Assembly: GCA_012735575.1 (NCBI GenBank)
Contig: JAAYGY010000050.1
Coordinates: 9,020-73,019, forward strand
Direction: 5' to 3'
DNA: 64,000 bases
Origin: Clostridiales bacterium
GTDB taxonomy: Bacteria; Bacillota; Clostridia; Caldicoprobacterales; UBA3941
This document shows positions 35,875-45,908 of this stretch, piece after piece; positions within the stretch are counted from its first letter, which is position 1, and every line of letters starts with the position of its first letter. The position numbers and the translations under genes are program-made. The notes under the pieces are model-generated. The model saw only the letters and a list, made by a program, of their open reading frames with translations. It did not search any database and was not told the DNA's origin.

Positions 35875-36695
35875 AACAATCCCCCTCCTTCACTTTCTTT
35901 TTCATATTTGGACATTATGGCCATACTAAATAATATGAGTATCATCATTAAAAGGGATAAGGCCGAACCAAAGCCCCATTCTCCTGTATATAAAAACTGC
36001 TGTTCTATAAGGTTTCCTATAAGAGTGAACTGTCCTCCACCTAAAAGCCTTGATATAACGAAGGTAGTTACCGCTGGCATATATACCATGGTTATACCGG
36101 AAACAACTCCTGGTAAACTTAAGGGAAAGATAACCTTCCTAAAGACTGTCCTGGAATTAGCACCTAGATCTTCCGCTGCCTCTATAATACTCTTGTCAAT
36201 CTTTATTAACACAGAGTAGATGGGCAGTACCATAAAGGGAAGGAAGTTATAAACCATTCCCAGAACTACAGCACCTTGATTGTATAATAGTTCCATTTTA
36301 GGTAGTCCAATAAAAGAAATAAAAGTATTGATTACACCGTTTTTTTCCAGCAAGGTCAACCATGCATAAGTACGGAGCAAAAAGTTCATCCACATTGGTA
36401 TAACGACTAACAGCAATAATACTCTTTTATGCCTGAATTCTTTACTGGCCAGAATCATGGCTAAAGGATAGCCTAGAAGCAAACATATTATTGTGCTGAT
36501 TAAAGCCAGGTATAGAGATCTTAGCAAAACCATAATATATATGGGCTCAAAGAACCTCTTAAAATATTCCAATGTAAACACTATTCCCTCATCAGTAGTT
36601 TTAGTAACGCTGTAAAAAACTATTAGCAGCAAGGGAACGAAGATAAATATAACCAGCCAAACCACATAGGGGTAAGCAATCCAGCCCTTCTTCAT
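35871..36695 (-). CDS. potB: Spermidine/putrescine ABC transporter permease
   Basis: EAA-loop IEAAEDLGANSRTVFRKVIFP. Confidence 0.9.
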   Translation of the reverse strand: MKKGWIAYPYVVWLVIFIFVPLLLIVFYSVTKTTDEGIVFTLEYFKRFFEPIYIMVLLRSLYLALISTIICLLLGYPLAMILASKEFRHKRVLLLLVVIPMWMNFLLRTYAWLTLLEKNGVINTFISFIGLPKMELLYNQGAVVLGMVYNFLPFMVLPIYSVLIKIDKSIIEAAEDLGANSRTVFRKVIFPLSLPGVVSGITMVYMPAVTTFVISRLLGGGQFTLIGNLIEQQFLYTGEWGFGSALSLLMMILILFSMAIMSKYEKESEGGGLF

Positions 36696-36697
36696 AG

Positions 36698-37741
36698 CTA
36701 TCTCACCTTCTTCATTATATGAATATCGTCAGGAAGAATATTTATTCCTACAATTGAATCAACGGGCTCCATAAGGGTGCTATGGACCAGCCATTTTATT
36801 CCATTAGACTGTACCAGCATCTCATAGTGGACCCCCTTAAAGAGGACAGATAGTACCCTACCTTCGATCATACCCTGTCCCTTGGGTACCAACTTAACGT
36901 CCTCAGGTCGGACTACAACGTCTACATTTTCATTAGGCTCAAAGCCACTATCCAGGCATTTGAAACGGTGATTAGCAAACTCCACCAGATAGTCTTCAAT
37001 CATAACTCCATCTATAATGTTACTTTCACCGATAAAGTCAGCAACAAAAGCATTTTTAGGCTCGTTATATATATCAATGGGGGTGCCAATTTGCTGAATA
37101 ACTCCTTCATTCATGACCACAATGGTGTCAGACATGGTCAAAGCTTCTTCCTGATCGTGGGTTACATAGACAAAGGTTATTCCCAGCTTTTTCTGAATGT
37201 TTTTAAGTTCTATTTGCATCCCCTTGCGTAGCTTTAAATCAAGGGCTCCCAGAGGTTCATCAAGAAGAAGAACATCTGGCTCATTTACCAATGCTCGAGC
37301 TATAGCTACTCTTTGTTGCTGTCCGCCGCTTAGGGAATCAACGGAACGTTTTTCAAAACCCTGCAAATTTACAAGGTTTAACATGTTTTCAACCTTTTCT
37401 TTAATTAGTTTTTTATCAATCTTTTTAATATTGAGGCCAAAAGCTATATTTTCTGCTACATCCATATGGGGAAAGAGAGCATACCTTTGAAAAACCGTAT
37501 TTAGCTTTCTTTTATAAGGAGGTATATTGGTAATGTCTTTCCCTTCAAACAAAACTTTACCTGTAGTGGGCTCTTCAAATCCCCCTATAATCCGAAGGGT
37601 AGTTGTTTTTCCACATCCACTGGGTCCAAGTAAAGTGACAAATTCATTGCGTCTGATATATAGATTTATATTCTTTAACACGGGAGTGTCATCGAATGTT
37701 TTTGAGATATCTACGAGTCTGATGATTTCATGATTGGTCAT
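36698..37741 (-). CDS. potA: Spermidine/putrescine import ATP-binding protein
   Basis: Walker [36 protein letters not shown] and a C-terminal TOBE-like domain. Confidence 0.95.
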   Translation of the reverse strand: MTNHEIIRLVDISKTFDDTPVLKNINLYIRRNEFVTLLGPSGCGKTTTLRIIGGFEEPTTGKVLFEGKDITNIPPYKRKLNTVFQRYALFPHMDVAENIAFGLNIKKIDKKLIKEKVENMLNLVNLQGFEKRSVDSLSGGQQQRVAIARALVNEPDVLLLDEPLGALDLKLRKGMQIELKNIQKKLGITFVYVTHDQEEALTMSDTIVVMNEGVIQQIGTPIDIYNEPKNAFVADFIGESNIIDGVMIEDYLVEFANHRFKCLDSGFEPNENVDVVVRPEDVKLVPKGQGMIEGRVLSVLFKGVHYEMLVQSNGIKWLVHSTLMEPVDSIVGINILPDDIHIMKKVR

Positions 37742-37847
37742 TTTATCATACCCCCTGATTTTAATGATCTCCTTTAAAATAAAACAAATTACTTTTCGAA
37801 AGCCTTACTTAACACATAAACATATATAGAAATTTCTAATCATAAAG

Positions 37848-38387
37848 TTAAAAGCTGGGCGGTGATGATACCCAAAGCACCGTGGCAGAGTATTTGGATT
37901 CGTTAGAAATAAAATGAACCAGTGAAGGCCTAAAGTAAAAGCTCTCACCTTTCTTTACTTTAAACTTCTGGTTCCCTAGGTGCAAAATTATAGTGCCTGA
38001 CATAACATATCCAAATTCCTCCCCGTCATGGGGGTCATCAGGTTCTGAGGCACCGCCTGGCTGTATTTGCATCAAAATAGGCTCCATACTATTTTTTTGA
38101 GAATTTGGGACAATCCATTTAATAGTATGCCCCAGATCTTTATCCTCCTGTATAAAAACATCATCTTTATGGAAGATGATTTTTTCGTCATCTTTATCAT
38201 TGAAAAAATCCTTTAAATTGGTACCTAAGCATTCCAAAATATCCATAAGTGTAGCTATGGAAGGAGAGGTCAAATCTCGCTCTACCTGGGATATAAAGCC
38301 CTTGGAAAGCTCGCAGCGATTGGCCAATTCCTGCTGGGTAAGCCCATTCTTTACCCTAAGATGTTTGATTTTTTCTCCAATATTCAT
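37848..38387 (-). CDS. XRE-family HTH regulator with C-terminal cupin domain (PuuR-like)
   Basis: HTH IKHLRVKNGLTQQELANRCELSKGFISQVE plus a cupin beta-barrel region. Lies directly upstream of potA on the same strand. Confidence 0.85.
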   Translation of the reverse strand: MNIGEKIKHLRVKNGLTQQELANRCELSKGFISQVERDLTSPSIATLMDILECLGTNLKDFFNDKDDEKIIFHKDDVFIQEDKDLGHTIKWIVPNSQKNSMEPILMQIQPGGASEPDDPHDGEEFGYVMSGTIILHLGNQKFKVKKGESFYFRPSLVHFISNESKYSATVLWVSSPPSF

Positions 38388-38420
38388 AGCTATTACTCCT
38401 TTAGTGATAGTTTCGAGTAA

Positions 38421-38448
38421 CTAAACTTTTTGTTTAGACTTGCTAAAC
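38421..38448. promoter_or_regulatory. Triple half-site operator candidate CTAAAC-N5-GTTTAG-N5-CTAAAC upstream of the XRE-cupin gene
   Basis: ctaaac 38421-38426, gtttag 38432-38437 and ctaaac 38443-38448, lying 34-61 nt upstream of the regulator start codon. Confidence 0.4.
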
Positions 38449-38559
38449 AAAAACAACAATATATTTTTAACATAATAATATATAAATGTCAATAACATAA
38501 AGTGAATTTTTTTAAGAAATTTATTAACAAAATAAATAGAAATTTATTCTAAAAAAGGA

Positions 38560-38588
38560 TTGAATTTATATAATAAATAATATAGAAT
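38560..38588 (+). promoter_or_regulatory. Sigma-A-type promoter of the LacI operon (TTGAAT-17 nt-TAGAAT)
   Basis: ttgaat at 38560-38565 and tagaat at 38583-38588. Confidence 0.5.
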
Positions 38589-38594
38589 TAATGA

Positions 38595-38666
38595 TGTAAT
38601 CCATTACATATGACTAGTTTAAAATTCATTCAACTCATTGACAGAGGTCATATGTAACCCATTACA
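38595..38666. promoter_or_regulatory. Pair of LacI-type operators (TGTAAT-CC-ATTACA and TGTAAC-CC-ATTACA) embedded in a 20-nt inverted repeat
   Basis: tgtaatccattaca at 38595-38608 (at the predicted TSS) and tgtaacccattaca at 38653-38666 (abutting the RBS). Extended arms: tgtaatccattacatatgac / gtcatatgtaacccattaca. Confidence 0.65.
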
Positions 38667-38678
38667 TAGGAGGAGTAG

Positions 38679-39671
38679 ATGATAACTATACAAGATGTGG
38701 CAAAAGCAGCAGGTGTTTCCGTTGCCACAGTATCTAGAGTTTTAAACAATCATCCCTCTGTTAGTGAAAAAACCAGAGAAAAGGTACAGAGGACAATAGA
38801 CCAGTTAAATTACCAGCCCAATCTATTAGGAAGAAATTTAAGAAGATCAGAGACCAAGATGATATTAGTATTGCTTCAGAATATAGCCAACCCCTTTTAT
38901 TCCAAAATAGTTAAAGGAATGGAGGATGTAGGATATAAAAATGGGTATCATATAATGATATGCAATACTGATTCTGATCCTATCAAGGAGAATGCATATT
39001 TAAAGCTGCTGAAAAATAGATTAGTAGACGGGGTTGTTTTTATGGCACCAGTCATTTCAGATGAAGAGCTTACAGAGATAAGTAAAAACTATTGTGTAGT
39101 TCAGTGTTGTGAGTATAAAGAGTTTGCAGATGTATCCAGTGTATCCATAGATAATGAAGCTGCTGCCTACAAGGCGACACAGCACCTCATCTCCCAAGGT
39201 CATAGGAGAATTGGATTGATAAATGGAAATAGTGGCATCATATCCGAATCTCAAAGGGAAAAGGGATACAAAAGGGCTTTGCAGGAGGCGGGTATTGAAA
39301 TAGATTCCCAGCTGATTATGTATGATAGTTATGGATATAGGGGTGGACAAAGAGCTGCAAAGTACTTCCTGTCTATTGATAAAAGACCAACGGCTATATT
39401 TGCTGTATCGGATATTATTGCTATAGGAGCTATTAAGGAGATAAAGGAGAAGGGACTGTCTGTACCTAAAGACATGGCAGTAGTAGGTTTTGACGATACT
39501 GGTATTGCATCCATGTATGATCCTCCCTTAACTACTGTAGCCCAGCCACGATACGATTTGGGACGAGTTACCATGGAGATAATGCTTGAGCGCATAAGGA
39601 ACAACGAGGCTGAGAGTAAAAGAGTCTTTTTGGAACATAGTCTTATAATACGTGAATCCACTGTAGGTTAG
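38679..39671 (+). CDS. LacI-family transcriptional regulator
   Basis: N-terminal HTH ITIQDVAKAAGVSVATVSRVLNN plus a periplasmic-binding-protein-like sugar-binding domain. Confidence 0.95.
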   Translation: MITIQDVAKAAGVSVATVSRVLNNHPSVSEKTREKVQRTIDQLNYQPNLLGRNLRRSETKMILVLLQNIANPFYSKIVKGMEDVGYKNGYHIMICNTDSDPIKENAYLKLLKNRLVDGVVFMAPVISDEELTEISKNYCVVQCCEYKEFADVSSVSIDNEAAAYKATQHLISQGHRRIGLINGNSGIISESQREKGYKRALQEAGIEIDSQLIMYDSYGYRGGQRAAKYFLSIDKRPTAIFAVSDIIAIGAIKEIKEKGLSVPKDMAVVGFDDTGIASMYDPPLTTVAQPRYDLGRVTMEIMLERIRNNEAESKRVFLEHSLIIRESTVG

Positions 39672-39742
39672 ATTATGAAAACAAAGATTGTTATTGCCCC
39701 ATGGGCAATACAATATAAAATAATAATATAGGAGGAATGGAG

Positions 39743-40840
39743 ATGACTGCACAGACAAAGGATCGCAAATTAAGGGTAGCTATAATTGGCTGCGGAGGAA
39801 TCGCAAATGGCAAGCATATGCCTAGCTTGGCTAAAGTAGAGGCCGTAGAAATGGTTGCTTTTTGCGACATAATCAAAGAAAGAGCAGAAAAGGCAGCAAA
39901 AGAATATGGTACTCCCGATGCCAAGGTCTATACTGATTACAAGGAACTATTAAAAGATGAGAGCATTGATGTAGTTCATGTATGTACCCCCAACAAATCC
40001 CATGCTGACATAAGCGTTGATGCTCTTGAGTCTGGCAAGCATGTTATGTGTGAAAAACCTATGGCAAAGACTGCTGCTGATGCCAGAAGAATGGTTGAAG
40101 CTGCAAAGCGGACTGGTAAGAAGCTAACCATTGGCTATCAGAATAGATTCCGTGCTGATTCCGAATATCTAAATGCTGCATGCCGTAGAGGAGATCTAGG
40201 AGAAATTTATTTTGCCAAGGCACATGCACTTCGCAGACGTGCTGTTCCCACCTGGGGAGTATTCCTCAACGAAGAGGAACAGGGTGGAGGACCTCTTATT
40301 GATATCGGAACTCATGCTTTAGATCTGACCCTTTGGATGATGGACAACTACAAACCCAAAACTGTTGTGGGAACCGCTTATCGCAAGCTGGCGGATCAAC
40401 GCAATACAGCTAATGCTTGGGGAGACTGGGATCCTGAGGAGTTTACTGTTGAGGATTCAGCTTTTGGATTTGTTGTTATGGAAGATGGAGCAACTATCAT
40501 CCTGGAATCCAGCTGGGCTCTTAACACTTTAGATGTAGGCGAGGCTCAAACCACTCTATGTGGAACAAAGGCAGGCGCAGACATGAAGGACGGCCTCCGT
40601 ATAAACGGCGTTGATCTGAATAAGATGTACGTTAAGAAACCGGCTCTTGGAGCAGGTGGGGTTGACTTCTATGAAGGCCATTCTGAAGATCCTGGCTACA
40701 AAGAAGCAAAAGCCTGGATTGACGCAATTCTCAATGATACTGATCCCGTAGTATTACCAGAGCAGGCACTGGTAGTAACTGAGATTTTAGAAGCCATCTA
40801 TGAATCTGCAAAGACTGGAAAACCTGTTACATTTGAATAA
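39743..40840 (+). CDS. Gfo/Idh/MocA family oxidoreductase
   Basis: VAIIGCGGIANGKH Rossmann motif and MCEKP motif. The ATG at 39743 lies 7 nt after AGGAGG, while the track ATG at 39737 is 1 nt from the RBS. Confidence 0.85.
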   Translation: MTAQTKDRKLRVAIIGCGGIANGKHMPSLAKVEAVEMVAFCDIIKERAEKAAKEYGTPDAKVYTDYKELLKDESIDVVHVCTPNKSHADISVDALESGKHVMCEKPMAKTAADARRMVEAAKRTGKKLTIGYQNRFRADSEYLNAACRRGDLGEIYFAKAHALRRRAVPTWGVFLNEEEQGGGPLIDIGTHALDLTLWMMDNYKPKTVVGTAYRKLADQRNTANAWGDWDPEEFTVEDSAFGFVVMEDGATIILESSWALNTLDVGEAQTTLCGTKAGADMKDGLRINGVDLNKMYVKKPALGAGGVDFYEGHSEDPGYKEAKAWIDAILNDTDPVVLPEQALVVTEILEAIYESAKTGKPVTFE

Positions 40841-40856
40841 TTAGAATGCTTTAATG

Positions 40857-40890
40857 GATTAACGGACTGTATTATTATAGTCCGTTAATC
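40857..40890 (+). other. Intercistronic 12-bp stem-loop without a T tract (mRNA processing/stability element candidate)
   Basis: gattaacggact / agtccgttaatc form a perfect stem between two operon genes. Confidence 0.4.
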
Positions 40891-40923
40891 TCAATATAAA
40901 ATATATAATAAGGGGGACAAAAC

Positions 40924-41889
40924 ATGAAATTAGGAGTAATGACTGTTTTGTTTGGTAACAAGACCGTTGAGGAGACATTCAAATATCTTAGCGAGTCCGG
41001 CGTTCAGGCAGTGGAATTGGGTGCAGGTGGATACCCAGGCAAGGCCCATGCAAATCCTGATGTATTATTGAACGATGATAACAAGTTGCAAGAACTGAAG
41101 GATCTCGTTGAAAAATATAACCTGGAAATCAGTTCCCTTAGCTGCCATGGAAATCCCGTCCATCCTCAAAAAGAGATAGCAGATGCCTTTCATGAGGATT
41201 TTGAAAAAACGGTTCGACTAGCAGAAAAATTAGGAGTAACCAGGGTTAATACATTCTCAGGTTGCCCCGGAGATTCTCCAAATTCTATGTACCCCAACTG
41301 GGTTACTTGTCCATGGCCAGATGATTTTCTAAAGATATTAGACTATCAGTGGAATGAAGTCCTAATCCCTTACTGGGAAAAGGCTGGTGCTTTTGCCAAG
41401 GATCATGGAGTAGATATGATATGCCTTGAAATGCATCCTGGCTTTGCAGTATATAATCCGGAGACCCTATTAAAACTCAGATCAGCTGTGGGAGATGTTA
41501 TTGGAGCAAACTTTGATCCCAGCCACCTGTTCTGGCAGGGAATTGATCCAGTAGCAGCTATCCGCAAACTGGAAGGGGCTATCTATCACTTCCACGCAAA
41601 GGATACCAAGATTGACGCTATGAATACTGCAGTTAATGGAGTTCTGGACACTAAACACTATAGCGATGAAATTAACAGATCCTGGATTTTCCGATCTGTA
41701 GGTTATGGTAATGACTATCAGCTGTGGAAGGATATAGTAAGCACACTCAGAATGGTAGGTTATGATTATGTACTTAGCATTGAGCATGAAGATAGCTTAA
41801 TGACTCCCACAGAAGGATTGCAAAAGGCTATATCTTTCTTAAAGGAAGTTATGATGTTTGAAGACAAGGGCGAAATGTGGTGGGCATAA
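40924..41889 (+). CDS. Sugar phosphate isomerase/epimerase (xylose isomerase-like TIM barrel)
   Basis: Length and family-like blocks (ELGAGGYPGKAH, CLEMHPG, SIEHED). Confidence 0.8.
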   Translation: MKLGVMTVLFGNKTVEETFKYLSESGVQAVELGAGGYPGKAHANPDVLLNDDNKLQELKDLVEKYNLEISSLSCHGNPVHPQKEIADAFHEDFEKTVRLAEKLGVTRVNTFSGCPGDSPNSMYPNWVTCPWPDDFLKILDYQWNEVLIPYWEKAGAFAKDHGVDMICLEMHPGFAVYNPETLLKLRSAVGDVIGANFDPSHLFWQGIDPVAAIRKLEGAIYHFHAKDTKIDAMNTAVNGVLDTKHYSDEINRSWIFRSVGYGNDYQLWKDIVSTLRMVGYDYVLSIEHEDSLMTPTEGLQKAISFLKEVMMFEDKGEMWWA

Positions 41890-41910
41890 TTTAATAACAG
41901 GATAAACAAG

Positions 41911-41945
41911 AGGGAAGGCGATATGTTTCGTCTTCCCTTTTCTAT
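41911..41945 (+). terminator. Rho-independent terminator
   Basis: agggaaggcg / cgtcttccct stem followed by ttttctattt. Confidence 0.7.
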
Positions 41946-42185
41946 TTATTATCAAAGGTATATAACATTATATAGTTTCTCCTTTTGACCATCTGTTTTT
42001 CTTATCCCAATTGTCACATCCTTTATAATGCTTAAATATAACTATCATATCAGCCATATGTATTAGTAAGAACTTAATAAGAGCAATTTATTTCAAAACC
42101 GTTTCACATATGTTAGAGTTATGTAACCTTTTTAACGTGTGGATCTCATATTAACAGTTTATCTATATCAAAAGGAGGATGGCCT

Positions 42186-43646
42186 ATGAAACAATTAAAA
42201 TCACTACTAGTTTTTATACTTATACTACTGATACTTAGTTTGACTGCTTGCCTGGCCTTGCCTGTTGATAAGTGGAAAGTAAACAATGTAAGAAATGAAA
42301 GGGAAGAAAACCAGGAAATCCTGGATAATAATATGGAAGAAATTGCTGATGAACAGCAGCAAGTTCAGGAAAATGATATAGATGATGAATATATAGATGA
42401 GGGGTTCGTTGAAGAGGAATATAATATTGAAAAAAACAATGATGATATTGAGGCAGAGGAGATTAAAGGTGATAGGGAGGAATGGGAAGAGGAAATAGAA
42501 GATGAAGAGGATGATAGTAAAGAGATAAACGGAACTGAAAATCAGCAGCAAGCAGAACAAGGACTTGAACTTACACAGGTTTTCAATACCAAAATGCCAG
42601 AGAATATAGCTGTTGAACTTAAGTACGATAAATATTTGATGGTATATGATTATTTGTTAATTTTGAAGAATGCCAATATTCGCCAATTACCTTCATTAGA
42701 AGGTGAGATAATCGGCAAGATAGGTGCCATGGAAAGAATAGGTTTAGTTGCAGAAGTTAAGGGAGATTATGTAGAGAAATGGGATGAGGATTCCTGGTAT
42801 CAGGTTGAGTGGGAGGAAAATGGAGATATTAAAACTGGCTTTATACTTTCTAGTTTAGCTGAAGTAAGACAGTTTCAGTTTGACAAGATGGTAAAGAGTA
42901 TTGAAGTACTTGAACAGTCACTTTTGTTTGGTGAGTTGGCTCATATAAGCAATTATAAGAATGTAAACGGTATTCCGCCAAAAATAAATGGTAGTACATG
43001 GGATTCTTATGGCTATAGAAGAAGTCAAAGTGCTGCAGGTTATGAGAAGCCTGACAAATCTTCTAAATTTAGATATATTCCCGATGGTATGCTGGTACAG
43101 GTATTAGAAAAAGAAAAGGGCTTCACTAAGGTAAAAGTTGTAGGATTTGAAGGGGAATATTGGGTTTTAGATAAATATATAAATACAAAAAAACCTTTAA
43201 CTAATCTTAATAAAATAATAATAGTAGATCGTAAAAACCAAAATCAAGGAGTGCTTGAGTTTATAGACGGACAATGGACACTAATATCTTATGGTCTTTC
43301 TACAACGGGAGTAAAGGGTACCTATTCTTTAGAAACCCCATTGGGATATTATATGGCCATTGAAAAGAGAGATAAATTCTTATACTTTGAAGATGGAACA
43401 ACAAAGATTGCTGGTTATGCACCTTATGCAATACGATTTTCAGGCGGTGGGTATATACATGGTGTTCCCGTTAACTATAAGATAAAAGATGATAATAAGA
43501 TGATAGATCCGGGTATGATAGAATACCTCCATTCTATAGGAACAACTCCCCGTTCTCATATGTGTGTAAGAAATTACACCAGTCATGCAAAGTTTTTACA
43601 CAGCTGGGCGGATATTGGAGAGACAGCACTCGTTGTTATAGAATAG
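42186..43646 (+). CDS. Lipoprotein L,D-transpeptidase (YkuD domain) with acidic linker and two SH3b-like domains
   Basis: Lipobox LTA-C and an E/D-rich stretch of about 100 aa. Two SH3-like segments. YkuD core IIIVDRKNQ...TPLGYY...YIHGVP...TPRSHMCVRN with the catalytic Cys. Confidence 0.8.
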   Translation: MKQLKSLLVFILILLILSLTACLALPVDKWKVNNVRNEREENQEILDNNMEEIADEQQQVQENDIDDEYIDEGFVEEEYNIEKNNDDIEAEEIKGDREEWEEEIEDEEDDSKEINGTENQQQAEQGLELTQVFNTKMPENIAVELKYDKYLMVYDYLLILKNANIRQLPSLEGEIIGKIGAMERIGLVAEVKGDYVEKWDEDSWYQVEWEENGDIKTGFILSSLAEVRQFQFDKMVKSIEVLEQSLLFGELAHISNYKNVNGIPPKINGSTWDSYGYRRSQSAAGYEKPDKSSKFRYIPDGMLVQVLEKEKGFTKVKVVGFEGEYWVLDKYINTKKPLTNLNKIIIVDRKNQNQGVLEFIDGQWTLISYGLSTTGVKGTYSLETPLGYYMAIEKRDKFLYFEDGTTKIAGYAPYAIRFSGGGYIHGVPVNYKIKDDNKMIDPGMIEYLHSIGTTPRSHMCVRNYTSHAKFLHSWADIGETALVVIE

Positions 43647-43820
43647 CTTCTTCATTTGAATTTAATCAAAACTAATTGACTATTATAAATACTTGTGATA
43701 ATATATGTACAAAATGTGAAATATTTGTAACATTAACGTATAAAACTAGAATATTTAACATCTATATTTGGATTATATACTATACACTGTAAATACTTTA
43801 TTGTATTGGAAGTGATCAAA

Positions 43821-44579
43821 TTGCATATTCATAGACGAAATACTATAAATGCATATATTCAAGAAAAAGGTGAAGTACGACTTAAAGAGCTTGAAGAAAT
43901 GTTTCCAGAAGTATCTTCTATGACTTTAAGGCGGGATCTGATTTATCTCGAAAAAGAAGGGACTATAATACGAGTTCGAGGTGGAGCCAGGAAAATATCC
44001 CATTCATCAAATTCCATTGAGGATGTATATAGTCGACGGGCTACCACTAACATGGATGCCAAGGTAAGGATTGCAAAGAAAGCAGTTAAATATATAGAGC
44101 CGGGACGTTCGGTATTTATAGATTCAGGTACTACCATGATGTGTTTGGCAAAAATTCTGCCTGATGAGGACTTTTCCATTATGACCAGCGGTCCCAATAT
44201 AGGTATGGAGATATGCAAAAACTCTAAACCTTCGGTCACTCTCATAGGAGGCCATCTAAATAGGAACAATCTATGTACATCTGGCATATATGCTCTAGAA
44301 TTTCTTAAAAACATCAATATTGATATAGCTTTTCTTGCAACCTCCAGTTTCTCTATGGATAGTGGTTTTACCTGTGGTAACTTCAATGAATGTGAGTTAA
44401 AGAAAGCAGTTATAAAAAAAGCCAGGCATAAGATTCTCCTAATGGATACCAGTAAACTGGACAAAAGCCTACCATACACTTTTGCCACGCTGGAGGATAT
44501 AGATATATTAATATGTGAAAAAGAATTGCCTGAAAATATTAAGAAAGCTGCGCAGGATGCGTCAGTGACTCTTATATAA
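43821..44579 (+). CDS. DeoR-family transcriptional regulator
   Basis: HTH ELEEMFPEVSSMTLRRDLIYLEKEG plus a DeoR C-terminal sugar-phosphate sensor domain. The start is uncertain: TTG 43821 lies after GGAAGTGA, and the track uses TTG 43806. Confidence 0.8.
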   Translation: MHIHRRNTINAYIQEKGEVRLKELEEMFPEVSSMTLRRDLIYLEKEGTIIRVRGGARKISHSSNSIEDVYSRRATTNMDAKVRIAKKAVKYIEPGRSVFIDSGTTMMCLAKILPDEDFSIMTSGPNIGMEICKNSKPSVTLIGGHLNRNNLCTSGIYALEFLKNINIDIAFLATSSFSMDSGFTCGNFNECELKKAVIKKARHKILLMDTSKLDKSLPYTFATLEDIDILICEKELPENIKKAAQDASVTLI

Positions 44580-44605
44580 TAAAAAGATTATTATGGAGGG
44601 TTGAG

Positions 44606-45862
44606 ATGAAAACAAAAGCGGTTAGACTTTATGGTGTAAAGGATCTGCGTCTTGAGGAGTTTGAGTTGCCATCAATCAAAGAGGATGAAATTCTGGCACA
44701 GGTAGTATCTGACGGTATTTGTATGTCTTCTTATAAGGCAGTTATTCAGGGACCTAATCATAAGAGAGTTCCCGAGGATATAGCTGAAAATCCTGTTATG
44801 ATTGGGCACGAACTCTGTGGAGTTATTTTAGAAGTGGGCGAGAAATGGAAGGACCAGTTTAAGCCAGGTCAGAAGTTTACCATTCAACCGGCTATTAACT
44901 ATAAAGGCAGTTTAGCCGCACCAGGATATTCATATCCCTATATAGGTGGTGCTGCTACCCACATTATAATTCCCAATGAAGTAATGGAAACGGGATCATT
45001 GCTTGAGTACAATGGTGATGCATATTTTTATGGGTCACTAGCAGAGCCCATGTCCTGTATTGTAGGAGCATTCCATGCTAGTTATCATACCGAACCTGGT
45101 AAGTATGAGCATAAGATGGGGATAGTTGAGGGCGGTAACATGGCCATTCTGGCCGGAGTAGGTCCTATGGGTCTGGGTGCTATAGATTATGCCATTAATT
45201 GTGATAGAAGGCCAAAACTTCTGGTAGTTACGGATATCAATGAGGAAAGACTGGAGAGGGCAAAAAGGGTTATTTCTGTGGAGCAGGCTGCAGAGAACGG
45301 TGTCGAACTACATTATGTTAATACAGCCAAGGTTGAAGATCCTGTGGCCCATTTGATGTCTCTAACCCAGGGTAAGGGATATGATGATGTGTTTGTTTAC
45401 GCTCCTGTAAAGCAAGTAGTTGAGCAGGGAGATGCCATTTTAGGCAGGGATGGATGTCTTAACTTCTTTGCAGGGCCTACCGATCCCAATTTCAAGGCCA
45501 GTTTTAACTTCTACAATGTGCACTATGCTTCCACCCATGTTGTAGGAACCAGTGGAGGAAATACCGACGATTTAAAAGAGTCCCTGGATTTAATGGGTAA
45601 GGGTATTATCAATCCTGCATCCATGATCACCCATATAGGGGGTCTGAATAGCGTAGTAGACACAACTTTAAACTTGCCTAATATTCCTGGAGGCAAAAAA
45701 CTAATCTACACTCATATTGATATGGAACTTACCGCTATAGATGATTTTAGGGAGAAAGGTAAGGCAGATCCCAGGTTTGCAAAGCTGGCTGAAATCGTAG
45801 AGGAGAATAATGGATTATGGTGTTCTGAGGCCGAAAAATATCTATTGGAAAATTTTAAATAA
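44606..45862 (+). CDS. Zinc-binding MDR-family dehydrogenase, L-sorbose-1-phosphate reductase (SorE)-like
   Basis: 418 aa with an N-terminal GroES-like region (DGICMSSYK, IGHELCG) and Rossmann GVGPMGLG. Confidence 0.65.
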   Translation: MKTKAVRLYGVKDLRLEEFELPSIKEDEILAQVVSDGICMSSYKAVIQGPNHKRVPEDIAENPVMIGHELCGVILEVGEKWKDQFKPGQKFTIQPAINYKGSLAAPGYSYPYIGGAATHIIIPNEVMETGSLLEYNGDAYFYGSLAEPMSCIVGAFHASYHTEPGKYEHKMGIVEGGNMAILAGVGPMGLGAIDYAINCDRRPKLLVVTDINEERLERAKRVISVEQAAENGVELHYVNTAKVEDPVAHLMSLTQGKGYDDVFVYAPVKQVVEQGDAILGRDGCLNFFAGPTDPNFKASFNFYNVHYASTHVVGTSGGNTDDLKESLDLMGKGIINPASMITHIGGLNSVVDTTLNLPNIPGGKKLIYTHIDMELTAIDDFREKGKADPRFAKLAEIVEENNGLWCSEAEKYLLENFK

Positions 45863-45875
45863 TAAAGAAAGAAGA

Positions 45876-45908
45876 AAAAGTGGATCCACTTAACTGGATC
45901 CACTTTTT
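45876..45908. terminator. Bidirectional terminator between convergent genes
   Basis: aaaaagtggatcca / tggatccacttttt stem with A and T runs on either side. Confidence 0.8.

Noticed and set aside
43943-44488. 181-aa ORF on the minus strand, the longest unexplained ORF in the track.
   Set aside because: It lies entirely antisense to the DeoR regulator gene, whose HTH and sensor domains are clearly recognisable. The antisense product is low-complexity (S/L/R/F-rich), has no RBS and no family resemblance. It is a shadow ORF.
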